Part shown: positions 53,241 through 64,000 of the stretch, piece after piece
How the letters are laid out: every line of letters begins with the position of its first letter
Position numbering within the stretch: position 1 is the stretch's first letter
Source: Sphyrna mokarran
Lineage: Eukaryota
Assembly: GCA_024679065.1 (NCBI GenBank)
Contig: JAGIQG010000010.1
Location: forward strand, 62,868,001-62,932,000
DNA length: 64,000 nucleotides
Direction of reading: 5' to 3'
The notes under the pieces: model-generated
Seen by the model: the letters and a program-made list of their open reading frames with translations, nothing else
Told to the model about the DNA's origin: nothing
Databases searched by the model: none
Position numbers and translations under genes: made by a program

Positions 53241-56200
53241 GACTCCCAGAGAAAGTACCAATATTTCACAGACACTGAACGAAAATATAAATATGTTTTT
53301 GCAAGACGGTTAGGTTATGTCAAAATGGTCATCCGATAATCATACAAAAACTGCAGCAGTAAATGTAACATAAATCTGCATCTTAAAGCAATACACAGCG
53401 ACAACCTTGAAACCGCTGAATAAAACTTATTTTTAAACAAACGATGCATTCTGTAACAAACATAAGGGCGCGCTTTTGCTTTGTGATATCTCATTCCACT
53501 AAGTGTAGAGTCGTGCAAACATGTTGCAGGAGCTGAATTCTTCCCTAACTTTTCCTCCGACAAAAAGTAATTAGCGATGGTAAATCACCAAATCATCCTA
53601 TTGTCGGGAACACCCGTAAGGTCAGACTGTTGGAGGGGTAACGACTTAAAATGGGAACAGTGGCAAAGATAAAACGGTCCGGAAACAATAGGAACTATAC
53701 CATTTGGAAATGTCTGTGAATTTATTGCGAGTATATTTTTCATCTTCAACAGTTAATGAAACACAACCAATTGTCCTCCTATAAACGGTTTAGCCATACT
53801 TTGGGACACCGCTCGGTTCTCTGATCTCATCATTCGGAGTTGTGTTAGACGCATATTTAAAATCTAAGGTGCAAAACTCGTTGCCTCGCATAAAATGGGG
53901 CAAACCTTTACAGACAAGAGCAAAATCTTTAACTTCTCTTTGAAAGGAAATCTAAAGCAGAATGATTAGATCGTTGCAGAGACATGCACCGTCACAGAGT
54001 GGGCAATGGGGACAGCTGGCGCAAATAACGAACTTCCCCAGAAAAGATACCTAATCTTAGAGGGGCCGAATCTCGTCTCTTCCCACGGCGACAGGCCTTT
54101 AAATAGTTTCTACCGCAAGGTGCTCTTCGTCATTTTTCTCGCGAATATCACACTTCACAAGTCCTTTCCCCTCTTCCAATTCCTCGTGTTTATATCAGTG
54201 TTTTGATATGAAAATTTAATTCAGTAGGGGTCACATGCTCAGCCAATCTTTACCAATCTCAGACTCGTCTAAGTCTACAAGTTTAAAAACACTTCGCCCG
54301 GTTTTCATCTCTTAAAAAGGAGTTGCTTGCCAAGAGTTCGCTTCTTCAGTCGAAATTAAAGTTTTAAATGGGATTTGTCACAAAACCATCACTATACTCA
54401 GTTATCCACGCTGCGATTGATCATGAGAAAGTCCACTTCAACGTGCAACTTAACTCAATGTGGACGCTCTGCCTTTCTTTAATATTCGAGCCAAGTGTTA
54501 CAAAGTTAATTGGAAACTCTTTAGAATCGGCTGGGGGTGAATTGAGATCGTATAGAAAAAAAAAGCGGATACTTTCCTTCCACCTTAAAACTTTAGACTA
54601 GAAGGCAAAACCGAATTAGGTAATGAGTAACCGCATTGATGAAAATACATATGTATCAAAATCTCAAAACAACAACAAAAACTACTGCTTACAGTTCAAG
54701 TCGGGGGCAGGCTATTGCATGGAAGTGCCCCATTGAGGGGCTAGAGATTTCTCACTGGTCGCAAATTCTCCCGCCTGCATTTTTTTTTGGCTTTAGCATC
54801 TCTGTGCTTAACAATAGATGTAATTTCAAATAGAAATCTTGCCTTCCCCATATATTTTCAATATAGGCTACATTAAATATTTTACTCATTTTTTAATACC
54901 GTGGATCTGAAAATATTTATTTTTAAGGTCGCTAAAATTTCCTGGAGAAGTTGACAGCTACGCTTTATAATTAAAATTGGAGACCAGGAATCATGCCCAT
55001 TGCACTTCCTTTTGCATACATGGTTATTATTTTGACTTTTTTAAGGCGTCACATTTCTCCTGTTTTTGTATAAACTAATTCTGTGGCTTCTTTTCTCTTC
55101 CCCCTCCATGACTGAACTCCGTTATTTCTCTTGGGCTATGCTCTGTCTTTTCACGCACGGCAGTGCTCCCTACCGCCCACAGCGTGCAAGAGCAGCATCT
55201 ACCAAGCGCCGTATTTGCATTGTGCGCTCCAGACTCCGCAACTTACAAAATTAACGGCACCCGGGGGGGAATAAACTATATGTTTTAAAATGTCAGAATT
55301 GGGAATGGAAGACGGCTACCTTTATTGACTATATAGAGAGCTCTATACACTGACTTGGGGTCCCGAGCGTCCTTCTCGGCTGAAATGGAGTCCTTTATCT
55401 AAAGCCGAGTGCACAAACATATAGGTTAATGTGACCACTATTCTTTCCTTTTATTTGGTTCTCTATGGCAACGAAAATGCTGTGCGCAGAAATGCACCCC
55501 GTCAAGAAAACAAATGATCTTCGGGGAGCAGCTCTACATGGCATCTGTTCCAAAGGGGCACAGAGGGAAGTATGGAAGAAGGTAAGAGTGAAAATGTATG
55601 TGTGTGAGAGAGAGCGAGAGTGTGTGTGGAGGGTGAAGTAGAAAGGAGTCTTGATCTGTTTGACGGAGAAAGGATTTACGTGTGTGAAAGAGAAAAAAAA
55701 TAAAGACTGTAAGTGAGATGCAACAATGTGAGAAAAATACTCATTTAAAAACTTGATTTTTTTGTGACTGCAAATTCCTTCGATCTGAATATTTTGAGCT
55801 ATCTTTGTCATTATATAGTGAAAACAGTGAAAAAGACACTAAAATAAAGACTGTTATAGCAGCCTCGCTACACAAACACTTATGTTGTAAAGAAATCAAT
55901 GTTTATTAAAAAAATCAATCGCGCTGTGAAAATGGACATAAAATACCTTTTTTCAAAGCTGAAAATGGGCGTAAAATTCTGTATCGTTATATCTTTTAAT
56001 GATACACACTACACGTGTCTAGGCGCGTATACATACAAATGTGTGTCTGTGTGTGTGTTTGTGTATTTAACTAAGCTTGACATTCAAATTAATTCCACTC
56101 GTCACTACGCGAATCTTTTTTTGGAATCAATAATGCGAAGTGCCTGGATTTAAACACGGGAACTGCGGAGGAGGACAACACAGTATGAAATGTCAGATTT

Positions 56201-57869
56201 GGAAAAATTTCTTTTTAACACTTGACCTTGACAATCCAAGTGCTTCCGGTGTGCACCGAGTTTTACCTTTCTGTAGTCGATGAAAAGGAAAGTTGCCGAA
56301 GATGCTTTTAAATGTGGGGAGATGGCGGCCCTATTAGTTTAATGCCTGACGCTCGCACCACCCACCTCTCCGGAGACCTCAGCCAAGTTCTCGTTAGTTC
56401 CTGATTGATCGGAATACCAGGGGCTCGGTTTATAGTGGCTGTGCTCTCGGTGCACGGAGTGCTCCGGTTTGCACGTCGGTTTCTGAGAGATCATTTGCAA
56501 TGCATTCGCGACCTGATTAATGCGAGAATCTCCTATTAATTGGGACCCTGCCGAGTGTTCTCGACTTAACGCGTTTCCTTCCACAGTGATAGTGAGGCAG
56601 ATCAAAAATTTAGCACACACAAATAAAAACGAGCCCAACGTTCCCCGATCCTCATATGCCCCAAAATCTAAAATCCAAATGAACCTATTAATAAAGCCTT
56701 TTGAGATAGGATACCAGACTTACCAATGGGATGTTCGCTGTTCAAACCGTAAACAGTGTTGAAAAGTTTCGCATATTCGGAAGGTTTGCTTTGCTTTTTA
56801 CCTTCGCTCCGAATGGATCCTCGCTAAGATGTGCCCTTGTACTGCCTCTACTGAGCCCGGCTCTCACTAGTCTATTATTTTCACCAAAATATATGAAAAT
56901 TTATGCAAATGTAAATCAGTACAAATTGCTCTCTGATGTTTTACTTTTTTTCTTGGTGGGGAAACAAGCTTTAGAGGATCTTTATTTTTTTAAAAAAAAC
57001 AAGATATATTTAAGGTATTTTCCATCATAACCATTCACTTTTAAGCTTTTAATGGGGAGAAATGTGTTCCTTTTAGACGGCGCATTCCTGTTCCATTGGC
57101 CCACCTGAAACGCCTTTAAATGCGTGCACTGTAAAATTCGTAGCAGTAATTTAGACAAAATCCTCACTGTATATTAATGAAAGAGGGCCCCATGGCACCG
57201 CTTCTATATTCCCTATTCAGTGTAAACAAAACCACGAGACTTGGTTTGAGAGTGGTCCAAGGAAAATCTGCTGGAGAGGAAACATGCTGTTGCGGCTCTG
57301 GCACAGACTATTCAGCGTCTGCACCTGGAGATCAGAGATTTAAATGAGATCTGTGTTACATCTCTGAACTCCTTGGCAGTCGCGGGAAAGCAAGAAATTC
57401 TTACGGTTGGAGGGTCCATTCAGTCTTAAGACTCCAGAACAGCTCTACATATAAAACGGGTCTGCTAATCGCCAAAAAATAGGTATTTTTTTTTTAAAAA
57501 GTATACAGAAATCAAGCGTATGTAAACATGCAATATCCCTTAAATTTCGAACCTCACACTTAAGTCTAAAGCTGTGCATTATAGGAGAAGGGATTTTTTT
57601 TGTGCAGGGCTGAATGAACCGCTCAGGCAGGAAATTGGCGCATTGGAAGTTTACGTTTCCAACGCAAACTGAGTCGGTCGCATTTCTTACTCTCTGAGAC
57701 CAAACCAACTTAACTTGCCCGTTTGCAAATTGAGCCGAAAAGTTTATTCATTCTGTTTAAGGGATGGTCAACTTGGTTGCTACTTTGGGAGGGAGAGAGA
57801 AAAAAAGAATCTAGGTATTATCTTGCTTCAGCAAGAGCTGGCTGTTGTGGCAGCTTTTCTGCTTGGTCG

Positions 57870-58200
57870 CATCTCTCCCCCCCCCCCCCCCCCCCAGCTC
57901 CATGTACCCACCGCCCCCCCAACCCCCAGCCTCCCTCCCCTCCCCCCACCTACAGCAGCGACATTCCCCTAATTAAAAAGCAGCCAATCGGAACCGCCGG
58001 AAGGAAGCCTCTCGCCTGAGTGTCGCGGTGGGAAGGTGTCAATCACCCAGCGGGTAGCCAATCAGCGGGAGCCTCTGGCTGAACTTCCTCCTCTTTTTTT
58101 GTGTGTGGCGAGCGAGCGGGCGCGGGGGGAGAGCGCGGCGAGGCGGCCGAGGTAAACACTGGCTATGTGAGGAGGGAGCTGTCAAATCGCAGCTCTCCCA
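57870..58200 (+). promoter_or_regulatory. POU3F3 proximal promoter (GC/CpG-rich, two CCAAT boxes, TALE motif, forkhead motif)
   Basis: CCAAT at 57984-57988 and 58058-58062; TGTCAATCA at 58037-58045; GTAAACA at 58152-58158; C-rich tract 57877-57950; immediately upstream of the CDS. The TSS cannot be seen from sequence. Confidence 0.65.
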
Positions 58201-58444
58201 AGTCCCACCAGCAGCAAGCAAGCAAAGCAAAAGCAAAAGCAAAAGCAGCAGCAATCCCACACACAACAACAAAAACTCTCAACAACAACAACAAAAAGCA
58301 GTGCAAAAAAAACCAAAAAGAGGAACTTTAAAAAAAACAAAAAAAAACTCACTTTTTTTTTGTTATTTGTTATTTGTCTCTGGCAATCAAAACAACAGCA
58401 ACTACAACAAAAAAAAAGACAAGAGAGAGAGAGGGGGAAAAGCC

Positions 58445-58708
58445 ATGGCGACAGCGACGTCCAATCCCTACATGGCCAGCAATAGTATCCTGTCCTCCAA
58501 CTCTATCGTGCACAGTGATTCAGGCGGCATGCAGCAGGCGACCACGTACCGAGATCCCTCGAAAATGGTGCAGAGCGACTTCATGCAGGGGGCCATCGCC
58601 AGCAACGGCCACATGCTCAGCCATGCACACCAGTGGGTGACGGCGCTGCCGCACACCGATGCGGGCTCTCCCTGGTCCTCGGCCATGGCCGGCAGCCCCC
58701 TGGGTCAA

Positions 58709-58743
<35 letters not shown>

Positions 58744-59629
58744 GCAACAGGACGTCAAGCCGTCGGTGCAGGTGGTGGGCCGGGACGAGCTGCACACGGG
58801 CGCCGCTCCCCTGCACCATCACCGCCCGCCTCACCTGCCGCCCCACCAGCCGTCACACGGCGGCCACCCTGCCGCCTGGGGGGCCACCACCACGGCTCAC
58901 CTGCCGTCGATGGGCTCGGCCGTGCAGCCGCTCATCTACTCGCAGCCCGGCTTCACGGTGAACGGCATGCTGAGCCAGGCGGGCGCGCAGAGCCTGCACC
59001 CGGGCTTGAGGGACACGCCGGAGCTGGTGGACCACGGGCAGCAGCACCACAGCCATGAGCACTCGGACGAGGACACGCCGACCTCGGACGACCTGGAGCA
59101 GTTCGCCAAGCAGTTCAAGCAGAGGAGGATCAAGCTGGGCTTCACCCAGGCCGACGTGGGCTTGGCGCTGGGCACCCTGTACGGCAACGTCTTCTCCCAG
59201 ACCACCATCTGCCGCTTCGAGGCGTTGCAGCTGAGCTTCAAGAACATGTGCAAGCTCAAGCCGCTGCTGAACAAGTGGCTGGAAGAGGCCGACTCGTCGA
59301 CCGGCAGCCCCACCAGCATCGACAAGATCGCGGCGCAGGGCAGGAAGCGAAAGAAGCGCACCTCCATCGAGGTGAGCGTCAAAGGAGCTCTGGAAAGCCA
59401 CTTCTTGAAATGTCCCAAGCCCTCGGCGCAGGAGATCGCTTCTCTGGCGGACAGCCTGCAGTTAGAGAAAGAAGTGGTCCGAGTTTGGTTCTGCAATCGG
59501 AGGCAGAAGGAGAAACGCATGACGCCGCCGGGAGGGGTGCAGCAGACGGACGATGTGTACTCACAGGTCGGCAATGTAAACGCCGATACACCACCCTCTC
59601 ACCACGGACTACAAACCGCCGTACAGTGA
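58445..59629 (+). CDS. POU3F3: POU domain class 3 transcription factor 3 (Brn1), single coding exon, 394 aa
   Basis: ATG in strong Kozak context (gccATGg) at 58445. Has POU-specific domain ([29 protein letters not shown]...), class III linker ([16 protein letters not shown]) and homeodomain ([11 protein letters not shown]). N-terminus MATATSNPY...[32 protein letters not shown] and C-terminus DDVYSQVG...ADTPP.HHGLQT.VQ match POU3F3 rather than POU3F1/2/4. No introns. Confidence 0.95.
58706..58750 (+). repeat. CAG/CAA repeat encoding Gln15
   Basis: CAA (CAG)5 CAA (CAG)6 CAA CAG, in frame within the CDS. Confidence 0.95.
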
Positions 59630-61010
59630 AAGCAGAACATGCAACATAGGCTGTTTAGACTGGAATTTTTTTAAGGAAAAAAATTAAAAAATAAACAAGG
59701 ACAAAACGAAATCAACAAGTTCAGGACTATCGCATTGATAGCAAGGTTTTCTACTGTGATTGTGAGGCTGGCGATTGCATTAGAATGAGTGCAACAAAAC
59801 TGCAGATGTCTTTCCCTAAAAAAAAACAAAATCTGATCCCCCTTTTCTCCTCTGCTCCCCCCCCCCCCGGCTTGTGGTGATCGACAGGTGGACCCCCAGA
59901 TACTTCCAGATAAGTGTGTCTACATTTTGCCTGCTGTTTCAGAAAGAACTGGTTTATAAAATAATTTCAGATTGGGCCAAGAGAGATGGGATCGGCCGTG
60001 GACGCTGGAAAGTGCCTGGTGTACTTCCAGAGGCTGTTTTTTTTTAATTCCACCCCCCTGGCTCTATCAGGTGCATAGACAACACTGAAAGAGAAAACCG
60101 TTCATTCTGTTCTTTGAGATGCTGAAGACTATCCTTCATGCAAAACACTGTAATCTGTAGGGGAGAGAGAGAAAAAAAGAGGTAATCCGTACTGACTATC
60201 AAAAAAAAGACCGGTAAAAAGAAGGGGGTCTTAAAAATACGAAACTTCAGAGCAACATTAAACCTGCCAGGCAGGGGAAATTTCAAGAGAAAACAATTAG
60301 AAGGGTTGATCCAAAAATAATGACAGATGGAACTTTCAGCAGCGAGGCTTGTTGGAAAAGACAAAAGAAAGACTAGGGGATTTGGGCGAGAAATCGTCCC
60401 AGATGTGGCTTTGATGATTGGTTCATTATATTGTGTTCGACCTCATTTCCCCCTTCCATCCCCCCCCCAAAAAAAAACCTTCGTCCGAATGTTTTCTAAT
60501 TTCATCTCCAGCCCATTGGAGTAGAAGCATTTTTTAATAAAAAGAAAAAGAGAGAAAAAAAACCCTCCACCATCTGCAGCTGCACTTACTGAACTTTTCT
60601 TCTAAAAAAAACCATTGCCAAGTTGAATGAATGGGTGCTGTGGATGCGACTGTGTAAAACTGCCATTTCCAAGCAGTGTTCTTGGTAGGTTTCAATATAG
60701 ACTTTTCAAAGGCGCAATATAGAGTCAGTAGATCAGTTACTGATCTAAAAATATTTACTTTATATTTTCATCAAAATTGACTTCTTTTAATATTTTATTC
60801 AGAATACCTATGAACTGCTGCAAAACGGTAATTTATTTTTCCCCAGATCTTGTATTAGCTGTTTTCAAAACGAGCACAAATAAATGCGATGAAAAAATGG
60901 ACAGTTGTTAGGTAATAAGGGTATCTTTTGATGTGATAATTTGATTGTAATTTAATTTGAGTAGTGATTCCGTAAGAGATGATTCAAGAAATAAATTTGT
61001 TAGAGTCAAA
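59630..61010 (+). other. Probable POU3F3 3' UTR with candidate polyadenylation signals
   Basis: Repeat-free AU-rich DNA after the stop codon; AATAAA at 60536, 60879 and 60990. The true 3' end is unknown and may lie further downstream. Confidence 0.45.
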
Positions 61011-64000
61011 CGACTTTGTGGCTCATGTGTCTGGTGTACAATAACGGTACCTCGAAAAAAATGCAGAAAACCTTCAGTCTTTTTTTAAACGTAGCATTTA
61101 TTTATGAACCATAAATTAATCTCCATATAATTAAATTACACTTTTTAAGATCTAATGCCGTTGTACGCTTAAAGGCTCACGTTTATTTTAATTCCGAAAG
61201 TATGATGTAGGTTATGAATTTATATATGAAATCCTATTCTGTGCGATTTATCTGTTGTTAGAAATAGGTAAGCCTTTCACCAAGCTCAGCTCCCGTGTTG
61301 TCCTGATGTTTGTCCTGCGTCTTTTTTCCCCTCATTTTTAAAGCGTCTCCAACATGTATATTACATCAAGTCTTTGCTTCTGTTCGTTTGGGTTTTCCTG
61401 ATTTTTCCCCCCTCCCTCCCATTACCCCCTCCCCTTCCCAACCCACTGATTTTCCATATTTTCGAGAATACAAATTCACTTCATTGAAAGAAAATACCGG
61501 TCTTTATTCAGTCAGTTTGAAATAGAGTTATTTAACTAAAAAAAAAATTGGTGATAACTGTTTGGGAGGAAGGTAAAGGATAATTCGAGAAGAGGTTCAG
61601 GCGCAGGTCACAGATTCATTGAATGAGCTGTGTTGATATTGTTAGGCTGGCTTCCTTCTATATTTCTAGAATAAGACCCTGTGGAATAAGGACGTCTGGA
61701 CGTATATTTTTTAATCAAAGATGTCTAATAACTCCCTGAACAGTTCTGCTCATAAATTCTTATTTAGGGAATATATTAAGATGGAAAAGAAAATGCTCGA
61801 CCACCACAAATATGTTTATTAACATTGAATATTTCACCTACCCATGAACAAAGTTGTTAGCCGCTTACTTGATCTACAACAGTCCTTCTGGGATTTTTTT
61901 AACGCTGATATACTTGCATGATTTATAACAGTAACATCCCACTAAAAGTCCAGATACTGGAATCACAAATTACATATTTTAATATTGTATTGCCATCCAA
62001 TATTATAGGGTTTATTTATGAAAAATCTGGTTTAAAGTACTGTCAAAGAAACCCAGTGAAATCCTTATGATATCGGCTTATCCTTGCGATTTGATAGTTT
62101 CACGTCCTTTCTAATGTCTGCTTAGCACTGAAGGACGATATTATTAAGATTCCACCCTAGTTGTCTTATCTGTTACAAAATGTACCATCTACCCAGATAT
62201 TTCCCAGTGTCAAAATGTTAGGGGTTGGGGGTGGGGTGGCTGAGATGCTGGGCGTAAAGAGATATTTTAAACTATACAATAACCACAAGAGGTGACGAGG
62301 CATGTTAGGTTGTTGGCATGCTCTGGGCTGAATTCTTTCTTTCAACAGCTCTGTATGTGACGTCAGTTAAGTGTTATATTGCAAATAGATCTTGGAAAAC
62401 CTGACCATGTTGCCGTTATTATTATTATTTCCGCCGTAGCGTTACGTCTTTTTAGGTGAACTGTGTGTGCTGGGTCTATCAGTAGAAAGTTGTAGATTGG
62501 CGCAGGGTTGCGTTGGCACTTCTCAGTCGCAGTACCAGAAATTGATAGGTGGGGGTTCACTGGCCGAATGGAAAATTTATCGGCAGCTGCGGTGACCAAA
62601 GAACAGCGTAAATAAGTGGCGCAGGGAAATTAATGAATACTAGGGACTGTGAGAACATTAGGGTTTGTTGGTCAGACAGAGTTCTGTTAGCAAATAATAA
62701 CACGTGATTCCGTAAACCTATTTTTGCACATAAACTGTGCTACTTGGTAGGAAATTATCAGGGCTGCATAAACCGTGCTGGGGGATGTTAATCCGTCTAG
62801 CGCTGGGTGGAATACGGAATGATTTATGTGTCAACCCCGAGTAATTAAAAACTCTGAAAAGCCAGCCTAGTCTCCGATTTCTAAGTTTGATGTTTGCGGA
62901 TACATGAAGCGAGGAAGTCAGATTTTATGTCACCGTTGCGTTAGATACTAGGAGAATGGCCAGACAATGGCACGGCACAAGAAACATCATTTTATTCTTT
63001 TTCATATTAGTTCACTTTATTCTGGAGAAGTTACATGCAGGGCCCGCTTTGACCTGAAGCATTCATTGTGTTCAATGTCGTGAAGATCTCGTGAAAAAAA
63101 TAGTTGAAACGTGTAGGGAAAGGTAGAATCGGGGATAAAATGTGACAAGGATGTAAACAATATTTTCGGATGCTGCATTGATTTGTATGATTCTATTATT
63201 CTAATCTGAATCCGGGTTTTTTCAAATCTCTTTTTTTCTCTCTCAAATTTGTGCTTCATTATCTCGTTTCCCTAGCACCGGCCCCTTTCGCTTACTTCAT
63301 TTCTAGATCCGTTAGCCTAAACCCCCCGAATGGTTACAATAAATTAAACATACTGATCAAGAGAGCCCTGCTGCGGAGATATCAAGCTGCATTAATTCCT
63401 GTCTCCTTTATCTGTATCCTTCAGTGACACCTTTAACTATTCCCAGTCACCGGCGGTTCACAGTTACTCAGCTGCCTTAACTCAAGTTTGCCTCTGACAG
63501 TACAGAAGCCTCAATTGTCACTGTCTTCCTCCTTCCAAAACGTGTACCCATCATTTATTTACAGGGTGCATCCGCCCATTAAAGTGCACGTCCAAAAACT
63601 GTAGGAACATGGAATTCACACATGTGCACGGATTGTATATTCGTCCTTGGTACTCCAATCTTAACTTTTAAACTGATTGCTGAATCTATATCGTTCACTT
63701 GTTCCCTTTCTGGTGGTTTTAAAAGTTCTGCTCGAGGTAGTCATCGCTGTCGCTTTCATCCGTTGAAATCTATTGGCTTTTCTAGTACAATAGTCCCACC
63801 CGGGAGAGTGAATTGCAGAAAAGAGCTCGAGGTGCCGAGGTACATTTTAAAATAATTGGCGATTGTTTGGAGCTGAGGCAATCTCCCAGGCTCCTTTCCC
63901 CGCCAGTTTTTGAGTAGTGTTTGATGTGATTAGTCTTCAAAATAAGCAGTAAGCTACAGAAAAAAACATTCTGAAGTTATCCAAACAATCCTTAGTTTAT

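Noticed and set aside
58103-58444. 508-aa ORF starting at GTG 58103 as the real protein
   Set aside because: The first 114 codons are low-complexity and unlike POU proteins; the conserved N-terminus and strong Kozak ATG are at 58445.
58468-59649. Long antisense and alternative-frame ORFs over POU3F3 (e.g. 58936-59574, 58853-59401)
   Set aside because: Expected shadows of a GC3-rich coding sequence; no independent protein features.

Overview
Vertebrate (cartilaginous fish, most likely shark) genomic DNA. The only protein-coding gene I can support is an intronless class III POU transcription factor, POU3F3/Brn1 (58445-59629, +). About the first 49 kb is a CpG-poor gene desert filled with decayed repeats: V-domain (HE1-type) SINEs, Deu-type SINE pieces, CR1, L2, RTE and Rex1/Babar LINE fragments, a deleted Gypsy LTR element, Penelope-like termini and MITE-like elements. 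From about 49.4 kb to the end the DNA retains CpG and is almost free of transposons, as expected for a developmental regulator. The most unusual object is a two-copy composite retroelement (14364-14914 and 41945-42370). It joins an unrecognised G-U-rich hairpin head, a decayed tRNA head lacking its B box, a V domain and a CR1-type tail; one copy also carries an antisense arm that can pair with its own tail. Other notable items are a Penelope hammerhead ribozyme relic, an RTE insertion with twin-priming geometry, and an inverted duplication across a CR1 junction. Repeat family names come from recognising motifs by eye, not from database searches, and repeat boundaries are approximate.
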